Positions 51,950-62,254 of a stretch of 64,000 bases of DNA are shown here, piece by piece. The DNA comes from an uncultured Lentisphaeraceae bacterium. GTDB taxonomy: Bacteria > Verrucomicrobiota > Kiritimatiellia > RFP12 > UBA1067. The DNA lies in assembly GCA_964386385.1 (NCBI GenBank), contig CAYLRN010000001.1, forward strand, positions 172,706 through 236,705, read 5' to 3'. Position numbers and translations under genes: made by a program. The notes beneath the pieces are model-generated. The model was not told where the DNA came from and searched no databases. It worked only from the letters and a program-made list of their open reading frames with translations. The stretch's first letter is position 1. Every line of letters starts with the position of its first letter.

Positions 51950-53788
51950 TCACTCCTCGTGGCCGCGGCAATGCCCGCCGTGGACGGTGAAATGCCCGTG
52001 GCGGATCTCCTCGCGGGCGATCAGGTCTTCGGCGAAAGCGCCGACGGCGTCAAGGTCAGCCTCGTCCGCCGCCTCAAGGAGGTTCGAGAGCGCGCGCGGG
52101 ACATGGCGTTCGAACTGCGTCTGCCCGACGGAGGCGAGGCGGCCGAACGCGCCGAGCGCCTGGACGAGGCGCTGCACGGCGGCGAGATGAAGATGCTCGA
52201 CCGGCAGCAGGCGCGCCAGCGCCTTTCGCTCCTTCTCGCCGAGCGGGACGTACGGGTCGTAGAGAAGCGAGGCGAGGTCGTACGCGGCGGGCCCTAGCCT
52301 CATTCCCTGGAAGTCGATGAACGCCATCGTGCCGTCCGCGCGGAAGAGGACGTTGGAACTCTGGAAGTCGCGGTGGACGAGAACCGGGCGCGCGCGGGAA
52401 AGGGTTTCCGCAACCTGCTCCAGCTCGGCGCGGACGGCGTCCGGCATCGCGTCGTAGGCGAAGCGCTCCTTCACGCAGTGCGCCTCGAAGAGGTCGCGCT
52501 CCCACTTGTACAAGTCCGGCCCGAACGGCGGCTCAAGCGCGGCCTCCGCCGCAAGCACGGCCTCCGTGCCGCGCTCCTGCATTGCAGCAAGAGCCTTCAC
52601 GACGGGGCGGTAGAGCTCCACAAGCTTCGCTCCCTTCTTCGTGGCGCGCTCCTCAAGCGACCCGCCGGAGACGTCCTCAAGCGCAAGCGCCTTCGCGTCC
52701 GGCAGGTCGGCCAGCACGTTCGGCACGGGGACGCCGGCGGACGCCAGAAGCCGCGCGTGCGAGGCGTAGCGCGCGTTCTCCTGACGCTTCGCGTCGTCGT
52801 ACTCGACGGCGACCGCGCGCTCGTCGCCGTGGACGAACCGCCAGAACGTCCGGTCGCTGCCGCGCTCGCCGATGAACTCCGCGGCGACGTCCCCCGGCTT
52901 CCATCCAAGCGCCTGCGCCAGGGCGGACAGCCTGGAGTCCCCCGTCTGGTCCACGCCGACAAGCGCGGCGCGCTCGAACGCGCCGCCTATCATCCCGCCA
53001 GTGACGACGCATCCGGCGAGGTCGGCGGAATCAAGCAGCTTGACGCCGTCGAAAAGCACGTTGGGATTCTCCTCGAACCTGTCGGGGTCGAACGCGGCGT
53101 GGATTTCAAGGTAGCGCTCAAGCGTGCCGGCGTCGCCCCAGTACGAATCGTCCTGAACGCTTCCGACGACGAAGCGTCCCTTCATCGCGGCCTTCTCGTA
53201 GGCGGAGACGATCGTCGAAAAGCCGCTCGGCGGAAGCTCGTCCATCACCGACGGCGAGAGAAGCGCACAGCCGCAGTACGTGTACGTGCCGTGGTCGCCG
53301 GGGACGTCGCTCCTCCAGTTGCAGACACGCCCTTCCGGGTCGGCCTCGACCGTGCGCGGGCCCAGGACGTCTGAAAGCCAGCAGCCGGCGAAGCGTCCGC
53401 TGCGCTCGAAAGCGTCCGCAATCGGCTGGGGATCAAGCCCGTGCGCCACTATGTCGCCGTTCACGAGCCAGAAGTCGTCGCCGCCGATCCATTCGCGGAG
53501 CGGGTTCAGGACGCCGCCAGTCCCGAGGATCTCCTCTTCGGACGACACGCGGACCTTCGCCGCGCCCTTGCGGCTTCCGGCGAACTCGCGTATCTTCTCC
53601 GCCTGCCAGTGCGCGTTGACGGCGACCTCCTCCACGCCCCACGATTCGAGCATCGCGATGATGCGCTCGAGCATCGGAACGCCCCAGACCGGCAGGAGCG
53701 GCTTCGGGGCGACGAGCGTGAGCGGACGCAGGCGCGTCCCCAGTCCCGCCGCCAGGACGACGGCCTTTTTCACTTCGGACGCCTTCAT
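51950..53788 (-). CDS. Bifunctional MurNAc/GlcNAc-1-phosphate nucleotidyltransferase (MurU-like, N-terminal) and anomeric sugar kinase (AmgK-like APH-fold, C-terminal).
   Basis: MKASEVKKAVVLAAGLGTRLRPLT is the nucleotidyltransferase motif. LVHRDFQSSNVLFRADGTMAFIDFQGMRLGPAAYDLASLL is the APH/AmgK-type kinase motif. The internal Met at 53788 was taken as the start. Confidence 0.75.
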   Translation of the reverse strand: MKASEVKKAVVLAAGLGTRLRPLTLVAPKPLLPVWGVPMLERIIAMLESWGVEEVAVNAHWQAEKIREFAGSRKGAAKVRVSSEEEILGTGGVLNPLREWIGGDDFWLVNGDIVAHGLDPQPIADAFERSGRFAGCWLSDVLGPRTVEADPEGRVCNWRSDVPGDHGTYTYCGCALLSPSVMDELPPSGFSTIVSAYEKAAMKGRFVVGSVQDDSYWGDAGTLERYLEIHAAFDPDRFEENPNVLFDGVKLLDSADLAGCVVTGGMIGGAFERAALVGVDQTGDSRLSALAQALGWKPGDVAAEFIGERGSDRTFWRFVHGDERAVAVEYDDAKRQENARYASHARLLASAGVPVPNVLADLPDAKALALEDVSGGSLEERATKKGAKLVELYRPVVKALAAMQERGTEAVLAAEAALEPPFGPDLYKWERDLFEAHCVKERFAYDAMPDAVRAELEQVAETLSRARPVLVHRDFQSSNVLFRADGTMAFIDFQGMRLGPAAYDLASLLYDPYVPLGEKERKALARLLPVEHLHLAAVQRLVQALGAFGRLASVGQTQFERHVPRALSNLLEAADEADLDAVGAFAEDLIAREEIRHGHFTVHGGHCRGHEE

Positions 53789-54135
53789 GCGGTCCTCGCA
53801 ATCCTGACTTCGGCGCTCTGGACGCCGGGGACTCCGCCGAACTTCTTCACGGAGACGGTGACGCCCTCCACGCGCGGATAGGCCAGGCACATGTCCGCCA
53901 CGACGTCCGCCGCGCGCTCCAGAAGCCTGCACTTCGCGCGCTCCAGGGCCTCGCGGATGTCGTTGGACAGCGCCGCGTAGTCGACGGTGTCCTCAAGCGA
54001 ATCGGACATCGCCGCGTCGCTGAGGTCCGCCGAGAGCGCGACGTCCACCAGCACGCGCTGCGGACGGACCCGCTCGTCCGAACGCTCGCCCAGGATGCAG
54101 ACCACTTCGATTCCGTTGATGCGTATCGCGTCCAT
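53785..54135 (-). CDS. folB: Dihydroneopterin aldolase.
   Basis: MDAIRINGIEVVCILGERSDERVRPQRVLVDVAL... is the FolB signature. The protein is 117 aa. Confidence 0.8.
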   Translation of the reverse strand: MDAIRINGIEVVCILGERSDERVRPQRVLVDVALSADLSDAAMSDSLEDTVDYAALSNDIREALERAKCRLLERAADVVADMCLAYPRVEGVTVSVKKFGGVPGVQSAEVRIARTA

Positions 54136-54143
54136 GCGCCGCC

Positions 54144-54951
54144 TCACTTCCACTGCATCCGCTGGCGCGGCATGTGCCGCTTCGGCTCCTCCAGCTGGAG
54201 CGCGTACCACTGCTCGCCGATTCCGGAGTTGTTGAAATGCGCCACGCGGTTGTTCGCAAGCACGTCGCGGTTCGCCTTGAGATACTGGTTGTCGCTCTTC
54301 TCAAGCGCGCGGACGAGCGCCCGGTGCGCCTCGTCTATCTCGTTGCGCTTGACGAGGACCCACGAATACGCCGCGGCGAGAAGGACGTTCTGGTTGTAGC
54401 GGAGACGCGCCGCCGCCCTGTCATAGACCTTCTTTATCGCGGCTGACGGCTCGTTGCGCATATACATCCGCGCGATCTTCATCGCCGCCATCGTCGGATC
54501 CATGAAAATCGCCTTTGGCATGAGTTCGTCGACCTTCTCGAAGTCCGGGATCATCCAGTAGAGCTGGAACTGCATCGTGGCGATCTGCCGGCCCATCATC
54601 GGAATCCAGCGGCGGAATGGATCGAGGGCCGCGGTCTTCTCAAGCGCGGCCTTCACCGCCGCCTTGCGGTCGCGCGCAAGCTCGGCCTCGGCTGTCTGGA
54701 CAGAACTCGGCGGACGTATCCGCCACATGGCGAGCTTCGCCTGCATCTGCTTCTGCCCCTCCGCCATCGCGTTCTGCACGTCCGCCATCACGGCGCCCAT
54801 GCGCTTCTTCATCCTGAGACCAATCGCGACGTTCACCGCGATGAACGCGAGAACTCCGAAGAAGACGCTCCATCCCGGCCCGAAGACGCCTGGAAGACCC
54901 AGCCCAAGACCGACGACAAGACCGGCAAAGACGGCAATGAAAACAGAGTAC
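54144..54951 (-). CDS. Hypothetical membrane protein with an N-terminal TM helix (269 aa).
   Basis: MYSVFIAVFAGLVVGLGLGLPGVFGPGWSVFFGVLAFIAVNVAIGL, then a soluble helical region. The start was inferred at an internal Met. Confidence 0.5.
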
Positions 54952-55012
54952 ATATTTTCCTTTTCCTGATTGAAATCCCTGAATGAAAACACGGCGCGGG
55001 ACGAGACGGCGG

Positions 55013-55696
55013 CTAGCCCCTGCCGCCGAACGAGGCGGGCCCGGCGGCCATTGCGGCCGGGTCGAGCTCCGACAGACTGGAGACGACCATCTCGCATCCG
55101 GCGAAGTCCGTCTCCACAAGATCGTTGCCGCGGACGCCCACGACGCGCATCCCGGCGGCGACGCCCGCCTTCACGCCGTCCGTGGAGTCCTCCACGACGA
55201 CGCACTCCCCCGGCGCGACGCCAAGGCGTGAGGCGGCCAGCAGATAGCCCTCCGGATCGGGCTTGCCGCGCGAACAGTCCTCGCATCCGACGACGAAGCG
55301 AACGTCGCCCGCCCCGCCGCATATGCGCACCATCTTCTCGATCTCGGATACGGGCGAACCCGACACGATGGCGCATGGGGCGATGCCGGCGGCCGCGTGG
55401 AGGAACTTCCAAGCGGCCGGGATGGCCATCGCCGACGGGTCGGGGACAAGCCGCGCGAAATGGCGGCGCACGGCCGCGACGTCCTCTTCCAGCGTGGTGG
55501 GCGGCAGTGACGGGAACGCATTGCGCAGCGAGACGCGAATGTCGAGCCAGCTGTGGCCGGAGACGATCGGGGCCAGGAACTCGAACGACGTCTTCTGCCC
55601 GCGGTCCGCCAGCCAGTCCACCATCGCCAACGCCCAGAAGCGCTCCGAATCGATCAGAGTGCCGTCAAGGTCGAAGAGGAATGCCGCCGGCCTCAT
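55013..55696 (-). CDS. HAD-superfamily hydrolase (beta-phosphoglucomutase/phosphatase-like).
   Basis: FLFDLDGTLIDSE (motif I) and ...GKPDPEGY...VVEDSTDGVKAGVAAG (motifs III/IV). Confidence 0.75.
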   Translation of the reverse strand: MRPAAFLFDLDGTLIDSERFWALAMVDWLADRGQKTSFEFLAPIVSGHSWLDIRVSLRNAFPSLPPTTLEEDVAAVRRHFARLVPDPSAMAIPAAWKFLHAAAGIAPCAIVSGSPVSEIEKMVRICGGAGDVRFVVGCEDCSRGKPDPEGYLLAASRLGVAPGECVVVEDSTDGVKAGVAAGMRVVGVRGNDLVETDFAGCEMVVSSLSELDPAAMAAGPASFGGRG

Positions 55697-56232
55697 CACT
55701 TCTTTCCGTGGTACTTGGCGCAGTCGCACTTCTTGAACTTCCTGCCGCTTCCGCACGGGCAGGGGTCGTTGCGGCCGATCTTCGGCTCCTCGCGGCGGAC
55801 GGACGCGACGGGGGCCGGTTGCTCGATCTCGCCGTCGATGAAACGCCATTCGCCGTCGATTTTCTTGAAGACGGCCGTCTCGTGATGGTCGCACGCCTTG
55901 CCGTTCGTGGTGTAGTGGGCGACGAACTCCACGACGCCTTCCGCGTCGGCGGCGCCGCCCTTCTCCGTGCGGACGACGTCGATGCCGCCCCACTCCGCCT
56001 GCCGCGACCACTCGCGCGCGCTGTTCGCGTCGAACTCGGCGCGAACCTCCGGGCCGGAGGACTTGTAGAGATACTGCACGTCGCCAACCGCATACGCGGT
56101 ATAGCGCGCCCGCATCAGTTCCTCGGCCGTGGCGGCCTGACGCCCTCCGGAGAGGACGACGCCGCAGCATTCACCGTAAATCTTGCCCGACCTGCAGGGG
56201 CAAAGGTCTCCATTGTTTTTCATGGGCTGCAT
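55696..56232 (-). CDS. YchJ-family (UPF0225) protein with SEC-C metal-binding motifs.
   Basis: N-terminal [14 protein letters not shown] and C-terminal [22 protein letters not shown] motifs. Confidence 0.7.
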   Translation of the reverse strand: MQPMKNNGDLCPCRSGKIYGECCGVVLSGGRQAATAEELMRARYTAYAVGDVQYLYKSSGPEVRAEFDANSAREWSRQAEWGGIDVVRTEKGGAADAEGVVEFVAHYTTNGKACDHHETAVFKKIDGEWRFIDGEIEQPAPVASVRREEPKIGRNDPCPCGSGRKFKKCDCAKYHGKK

Positions 56233-56276
56233 TCTACCAAAAAGAGGGCGAGTAGTGAACTGGTGAATTGCCGGCC

Positions 56277-57074
56277 TCAGCGGCCGGACAGGGCGGACGA
56301 CGCGGGCAGAATCCGCGTCGTGTAGCGCGTCTTTTCCCAAGGCGTCCCCTTAGGCGTGATACATTTGATGGCGGCCTTCCACATGCGGCCGTCAAGCTGG
56401 AGGACGCCGACGGCGGTGTCCTCCTTCACGTTCTCGACGGACGACAGGTCGGCGGGAGCGACGAGCGTGAGCGACGGCACGGACTTCCCGTTCGTGGAGT
56501 TCCTGCCGGCGTAGCAGCCGAAGTAGAAGCGCCCGTTCGCGTAGTCCGCGGTCTGAATCCCCAGATTCGTCCAGCCGCTGCGCAGCACGTGGCGGTCGAC
56601 GAAGCGGAAATCGGGCGTGTACTCGTAGACGTAGTTCACGTCGTGCGTAGGCGGAAGGCCGCCGACCACGAAGAAATGCCCGTCCTTGTACGTCATGCCG
56701 CCCGCGCCGTGGCGCAGTTCCGGGACCTTCCAGCGCCTGACGAAGGAGAGGTCGTCCGCATTGTAGGCGTAGACCCAGCTGTCCGCCTTGTCCTCCGTGT
56801 TGAACTGCCCATGGTTGACGGCGACGTACACCTTGCCGTCGACGACGCAGAGGTCGCCGTGGTGGGTCTTGAGCCCTTTGGCGACGGCGAGCAGCTTTCC
56901 GTTCAGGTCGGTCCGCGCAAGTTCGACCGTATGCGACCACCAGACGTTCGTGCCGTCGGTGCAGACGCCCTGGAGATGGGGCGGCCATTCGCCTTCGCTC
57001 AGGATTTCGTTCTGCGGCGCCGCGCCGAACGCCAGTCCGCGGATGAGGGCGATTGCCAGCAGCGATTTCTTCAT
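56277..57074 (-). CDS. Secreted hypothetical protein of 265 aa.
   Basis: Signal peptide [20 protein letters not shown]. It is rich in beta-strands and aromatic residues. No family was recognised. Confidence 0.55.
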   Translation of the reverse strand: MKKSLLAIALIRGLAFGAAPQNEILSEGEWPPHLQGVCTDGTNVWWSHTVELARTDLNGKLLAVAKGLKTHHGDLCVVDGKVYVAVNHGQFNTEDKADSWVYAYNADDLSFVRRWKVPELRHGAGGMTYKDGHFFVVGGLPPTHDVNYVYEYTPDFRFVDRHVLRSGWTNLGIQTADYANGRFYFGCYAGRNSTNGKSVPSLTLVAPADLSSVENVKEDTAVGVLQLDGRMWKAAIKCITPKGTPWEKTRYTTRILPASSALSGR

Positions 57075-57165
57075 GTCGGTCCTTTCATGTGCGATGTCGA
57101 TTCATATGCGATGCAGATGTGCCGCACATTCTACCACGTTTCGGCGCGGCATAGAATCCGCCGAA

Positions 57166-57185
57166 TGTGCTATAATGGCGCCATG
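57166..57185 (+). promoter_or_regulatory. Extended -10 TGcTATAAT located 6 nt upstream of the ATG at 57183 (leaderless-type start).
   Basis: Sequence reads gaaTGTGcTATAATggcgccATGagacag. The same layout occurs at the paralogue (40040-40058). Confidence 0.4.
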
Positions 57186-58943
57186 AGACAGGAGCAGATA
57201 CCATACGGCGTCAAGGACTTCAGGCGGATTCGCATGGAGGGTCGCTACTACGTGGACAAGACTGCGTACATTCGGGAACTGGAGAGGCGCGCGGACTTCC
57301 TCTTCTTCGTACGCCCGCGCCGCTTCGGCAAATCCCTCCTCTGCGAGACGCTGCGCTGCTACTACGACGTCGCGGAGAAGGAGAATTTCGAAAGGCTCTT
57401 CGGCGGACTGGACATAGGCCGGAATCCGACCGACCAGCGGAATCGCTACTTCGTCCTGTCGCTCGACTTCTCCCGCGTCAACGCCTGCATAGGCGCGACG
57501 TGGGCGGACAAGTTCGAGTCGTACATGGACACGGCGGTCTGGAACGCCATAGAAAACCACAGGTCGCAGCTCTCCGCCATCACCGACGTCGACGGACTCC
57601 TGCGGACGCCGGGAGCGGAGACGAAGTACAGCCGCCTCGTGGAATTCGTCCATCGCCTCGGCCTCGGCGTCTACGTGATTGTGGACGAGTACGACAACTT
57701 CACGAACGAGATCGTCTCCACCGTGGGGAAGGACCCCTACAAGGAGATGACGCACGGGTCCGGTTTCTACCGCGGGTGGTTCAAGCAGTTCAAGGCGACG
57801 TGCGACCGCATCTTCATGACCGGCGTCTCGCCCGTGACGATGGACGACCTCACGAGCGGGTTCAACATCGCGACGAACATCTCGCAGGAGCCCGAGTTCA
57901 ACGCGATGGTCGGGTTCACGGCGGACGAGACGCGCCGCCTCTTCGAGGACTTCCAGGGGACGAGACTTTTCACCGACGCGGCGGGGACGCACCTCGCGAC
58001 GGTCAAGGCCTGGTACGACAGCTACTGCTTCTCGAAGCCACTGGCGGGACGCGAGACGCTGTACAACTGCGACATGGCGCTCTACTACCTGTCCAAGCTC
58101 GTCGCCACCGGCGCCGCGCCGGAGAACCTCGTCGACGCGAACATCCGGAGCGACTGGAAGAAGCTCTCGGCGATCCTCGCCGCGCAGCGCCACGCGGAGA
58201 CGTTCGACGGCGTCCTGCCGCTCACGGAGGAGCTGGCCGACAGGGGCGAGGTCTCCTTCGCGCTCGTGGACAGCTTCCCGATAGAGGGGATTCTCAAGGA
58301 GGAGAACTTCAAGTCGCTCTACTACTACTACGGAATCGTCACCATGTCGCGCTTCGTGCGCGGCGACCTCCAGTTCCGCGTCCCGAACGAGTGCGTCCGG
58401 CGGCAGATCTTCGACTACATGCGCGACGAGTACGCGAAGCGCCCCAACGCCGTCGACACATCCGAGTTCACGGAGCGCTTCGACGCCTTCGCGTGGGACG
58501 GCAAATGGCGGGAGTTCCTGACGTACCTCGCGGAGAAGTACCGCGACAACGGCTCGCCCCGCGACGGCATATGCGGCGAGGCGCGGATCAACGGCTACCT
58601 CCGCGCGTACCTCACGATGAAGAGCGTCTACGTGGTGAAGCCCGAGCTGTCGCATCCGTGCGGCTACTCCGACTACGCGCTCTTTCCTAACAGGTCGCTG
58701 CCGGATGGAAGCGTTCCGGAGCAGAGCTACCTCATCGAGATGAAGCACTCGAAGGCGGACGCACCCGACTCGGAGATTGCGACGAAGCACGAGGAGGCAC
58801 TGGCGCAGCTGCGCGCGTATGCGGCAGACCCGGCGGTGGCCGCCCTCGCCGGCGGCACCCCCGTCCACTTCATCTGCTACGAGTTCCGCGGACGCGAGCT
58901 TGTGCGCCTCGAGGAAATCCCCGTCTCCGAACTGATGGCGTAG
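57183..58943 (+). CDS. AAA-ATPase-like domain protein (PF09820-type) with a C-terminal PD-(D/E)XK nuclease-like domain. It is a paralogue of 40056-42080.
   Basis: MRQEQIPYGVKDFRRIRMEGRYYVDKTAYI, FFVRPRRFGKSL, C-terminal SYLIEMKHSKAD. Confidence 0.8.
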   Translation: MRQEQIPYGVKDFRRIRMEGRYYVDKTAYIRELERRADFLFFVRPRRFGKSLLCETLRCYYDVAEKENFERLFGGLDIGRNPTDQRNRYFVLSLDFSRVNACIGATWADKFESYMDTAVWNAIENHRSQLSAITDVDGLLRTPGAETKYSRLVEFVHRLGLGVYVIVDEYDNFTNEIVSTVGKDPYKEMTHGSGFYRGWFKQFKATCDRIFMTGVSPVTMDDLTSGFNIATNISQEPEFNAMVGFTADETRRLFEDFQGTRLFTDAAGTHLATVKAWYDSYCFSKPLAGRETLYNCDMALYYLSKLVATGAAPENLVDANIRSDWKKLSAILAAQRHAETFDGVLPLTEELADRGEVSFALVDSFPIEGILKEENFKSLYYYYGIVTMSRFVRGDLQFRVPNECVRRQIFDYMRDEYAKRPNAVDTSEFTERFDAFAWDGKWREFLTYLAEKYRDNGSPRDGICGEARINGYLRAYLTMKSVYVVKPELSHPCGYSDYALFPNRSLPDGSVPEQSYLIEMKHSKADAPDSEIATKHEEALAQLRAYAADPAVAALAGGTPVHFICYEFRGRELVRLEEIPVSELMA

Positions 58944-58958
58944 CCGCGCGGGAAAACG

Positions 58959-61900
58959 TCAGGAGCGCGTCGTCGTCTTGACGATCCTGTCCGCGCAGCC
59001 GACTTCCTTCATGACGGACTTGAATAGTTCGCTGTCGTCATGGCTTCTGGAGGACGGCATCTGCGGAACGTGCCGCGCGAACGCAAGCCGGAGAAGTTCC
59101 TCAAGCCTGCGGCGGGCGTCGTCCGCCTCCAGCGGCAGATACAGCTGCAGCGGAGACTTCTTGCCGCACATCATCACGGAGACAAAGCGCTTTCCTGATG
59201 CGTGGCCGACGACATGGCGGACCCATGTCTCCATTTTCACGCTGTCGTATATCTCGTCGCCCGGCGAAAAGGCGAATGCGTAGGAACGCATGCCGTTCCT
59301 GGTCTCCGCATCGACGAAACGCATCCTGCCGTCGATTCTGACGGCGTGTCCGTCGAGCGGAATTTCCACGACCACGCCCTCGTCCGGCGCCGCCTCGCAC
59401 TGCGCACAAAGCGAGAGCACGGTATCGCCGGGAACGCCGTATTCGTCCTGGAGCGACTGCTCTTTCTTTGGGAAGGCGATTTTCAGACTGCGGTATTTCT
59501 CGGCGTCCACGTCCGACGCGCATTCGAGAATCGCGTTTGCGACTTCGCCGGCGTTCGGGCCGCGCCCCTTTTCCACGATGCGCATCGACATTTCACCGAG
59601 TTCGACGGACGACGGTTCGCCCGCGAACAGAAGCCGCCTCTTTTCCGCGTTGGAGATCTTCACGTTGAAAGGCTCGTCGTCTTCAAGAACGTCGTACGCC
59701 GGATTGTCCATGCGCGCATGAAGGCGTCTTGTCCAGAGAAAGTATGACGGATTGGCGAAAAAGGCCGCCAGGTCGTCAAGCCCGACCGCCGTCGGCGCGG
59801 ATTCGGCGCATTCAAACGCCGCGACGCCGTCTTTCGCCTCGCCGTTCTCTCCGCCGGCGAACAGCGCCGCCGCAATCTCGTAGTCGGCGGGAGAATACGA
59901 CGGCGGCAGCGCGGCGGCCTTGCCATCGTCCGCCGTGAAACGGCAAATGCTGTACGACTGGAGAGGATGCACGAACTCGACCATGCCGCCCTTCCCGCAT
60001 TCACGCCGCTCGTATGCAAACCAGTCCCGCAAATCCGAAAACGGGACGGCCGGCGGAATCTCGGCATTGGAGCGGACGTCGCGTCCGACGTAGCTGAACG
60101 CCAGACGCCCCCTTGCGCCGAGCGCGGCCTTCAGAAGCGCAAAGGCGTCGCGCTCGCGCGGCGACACGTCGAAAAGCGTGGGGCGGCGACCGATGACGTC
60201 GAATGACGGACGATACTCCTTCCGCGGGAACGAGCCGTCGTTCAGCCCGCAGATCCAGACGAAGCGGGCCGGAACGGCGGAGGCGTTCTTGAGCGGCGCG
60301 AACTTGACGGAATCGCAGCGCGTCCAGCCGCGCCTCTGCGGCACGACGATGGCGTCGAGGACGGCCTTGCAGACCACGTCGCCCGGCAGCCTCCACTTGC
60401 CGCCCTCTCCGCATATCGCCTCCGCGCGTTCCGCAGACGACAGTGAGGAATCTATCGCCTTGCGCAGCGCGGCCGTTTCGCGCATCGTCTCCTCGCCGTC
60501 GGCGTAGATTTCGTCGACGACGCGAAGCAGGCGTTCGCGCCACTCGGAAATGGAACGCCCTTCGCGCAGAAGACGGCGAACGCCCTTCAGCGTCCGGATG
60601 AAACGCCAAAGGCGGTACGCAAGCGCGGCGCGGTCGTCCTCGACGTGTCCGCAGGGAAGCAGCCTTCCGATTCCCGGCACTGAGACCGTCGCGTCCTCGT
60701 CCTCGCGCGGGCCGATAAGCGCGTCCAGCGCAAGCCTGTCCAGACCGCGCCGCCACGTGAAAGGCAGCGCCTCGACGGACTTCTCGCCGCCGATTGCGTC
60801 ATGCACGTCATCGTCGTCAAGCCCCCAGTGCACGTTGGCGCGGGCGGCCATGTCGCGCAGGACGTCCACCCCTTCCGCGTCGACGTCGAACCTGGCCCTG
60901 ACGGACGGGACGCCGAGGAGGGAGAAGACGGCGTTGACGGTCAGGCGCCCGTCCCGCAGCGCAAGCAGTTCGGAAAAGGAATGGACGATCGGGGAATCGG
61001 ATTCAAGCCCGCCGTCGAGGGAGACCGGAATCGCGGAATCGCCGCCCTCGCCGAAAACCGATTCGACGAGAGGAGCATACGAATTCCAGTCGGCGCAGAG
61101 GATCCGGACGTCATGCGGGCGCGCATCGGGGTTCTCGCGCATGAACCGGTGAATGCCGTCGCGAATCGCCTCCAGTTCCCGCCTTGGAGAATGGCAGACG
61201 TGCGTTTCGGCGGGAGCGGAGAGTTCGCGAAGCGCGGAAAAGTCCGCCTCCGGCCCGCCATCGTCGCCGATCCATTCGGGCTCGTTTATCGGAAAGTCCA
61301 GCTCTGCCGAAAGAACGCCGCGCGCCCCGGTGGCGAGCGCGCCGAGCAGCCGGTCGTCCGCCGTGTCGAACATCGCATCGGGAGAGGAGTCCGGCAGCTC
61401 TGCGCCGCTAGCGAGACAGGACTTCATCCTTTGCGCCAGTTCCCTGACGGCAGTGCGTTTAGTGTGATTGTCAAGCCAGTATTCACGCGACGGATTGAAC
61501 GACCAGAACCTGACGGGGACGACGCGCGAAATCTGCACGAGCATCTGGAGATACGGCAGCGGGGCCGCCGCAATGTCGAACACGTGCACGGACTCGTACC
61601 TGCGGAATCCGTTTTCGAACGCCAGTGAAAGGTCTGCATCGTCCGACAGCGCGTCCGCGTAGTCGGCCGCATACGTGTCGCCCGACTGCTCCACGAGCAT
61701 CCGATAGAGAAGAGACTGCCAGCCCGGCGCCTCGTTCCCGCAAATGCCGCGCTCCCATCTGCAGAGCATCTGATGGCGGCTTGCGAGATAGTCGTCGAAG
61801 AGCGCGGCAATGCGGCAGGAGAGGGCGAAGCGACGGCGGGCGACGCCTCCCCTGTCGGCCTCGACGTACGACGTCAGTTCGGAGAACGCCGGATCGCCGG

Positions 61901-62240
61901 CGTTCCTCTCCAGAAGCGCGAAGATGCGCCACGCCATGACGTCGCGGGCGTACGGATGGTCCGCCGCCCTGCGCAGTCCGCGCGCCCGGCCGCACTGCGC
62001 GGCAAGCCAGTCGTTCACGAATTCGGCGATTGGAATGAAATCGACGTTGGCAAGGACGCCGCATCCGCCCGCCCCCGTGACGAAAAACGACTGCAGATAG
62101 TCACGCGAGGCCGGGTCGCCGACGACGACGCACGTCCTGGCGAACGGGTCGCCCGACCTGCCGCGCGATGCGAACAGCCTCTCCGCAAGCGCCTCGATTC
62201 TGTCGCTCCAGTAGACCCGCAGGTCGAATTCCGCTTCCAT
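58959..62240 (-). CDS. recC: RecC-like protein (exodeoxyribonuclease V gamma-subunit family), about 1093 aa.
   Basis: The N-terminus FDLRVYWSDRIEALAERL...CVVVGDPASRDYLQSFF...GVLANVDFIPIAEFVNDWL parallels E. coli RecC (LRVYHSNRLDVL...ILVQSTGMAQWLQMTL...ANIDFPLPASFIW), and the size is consistent. No recB/recD is adjacent. Confidence 0.65.
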   Translation of the reverse strand: MEAEFDLRVYWSDRIEALAERLFASRGRSGDPFARTCVVVGDPASRDYLQSFFVTGAGGCGVLANVDFIPIAEFVNDWLAAQCGRARGLRRAADHPYARDVMAWRIFALLERNAGDPAFSELTSYVEADRGGVARRRFALSCRIAALFDDYLASRHQMLCRWERGICGNEAPGWQSLLYRMLVEQSGDTYAADYADALSDDADLSLAFENGFRRYESVHVFDIAAAPLPYLQMLVQISRVVPVRFWSFNPSREYWLDNHTKRTAVRELAQRMKSCLASGAELPDSSPDAMFDTADDRLLGALATGARGVLSAELDFPINEPEWIGDDGGPEADFSALRELSAPAETHVCHSPRRELEAIRDGIHRFMRENPDARPHDVRILCADWNSYAPLVESVFGEGGDSAIPVSLDGGLESDSPIVHSFSELLALRDGRLTVNAVFSLLGVPSVRARFDVDAEGVDVLRDMAARANVHWGLDDDDVHDAIGGEKSVEALPFTWRRGLDRLALDALIGPREDEDATVSVPGIGRLLPCGHVEDDRAALAYRLWRFIRTLKGVRRLLREGRSISEWRERLLRVVDEIYADGEETMRETAALRKAIDSSLSSAERAEAICGEGGKWRLPGDVVCKAVLDAIVVPQRRGWTRCDSVKFAPLKNASAVPARFVWICGLNDGSFPRKEYRPSFDVIGRRPTLFDVSPRERDAFALLKAALGARGRLAFSYVGRDVRSNAEIPPAVPFSDLRDWFAYERRECGKGGMVEFVHPLQSYSICRFTADDGKAAALPPSYSPADYEIAAALFAGGENGEAKDGVAAFECAESAPTAVGLDDLAAFFANPSYFLWTRRLHARMDNPAYDVLEDDEPFNVKISNAEKRRLLFAGEPSSVELGEMSMRIVEKGRGPNAGEVANAILECASDVDAEKYRSLKIAFPKKEQSLQDEYGVPGDTVLSLCAQCEAAPDEGVVVEIPLDGHAVRIDGRMRFVDAETRNGMRSYAFAFSPGDEIYDSVKMETWVRHVVGHASGKRFVSVMMCGKKSPLQLYLPLEADDARRRLEELLRLAFARHVPQMPSSRSHDDSELFKSVMKEVGCADRIVKTTTRS

Positions 62241-62254
62241 CCGCTTCCCCTTCC

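Noticed and set aside
57102-58868. 588-aa minus-strand ORF
   Set aside because: It is antisense to the second PF09820 paralogue.
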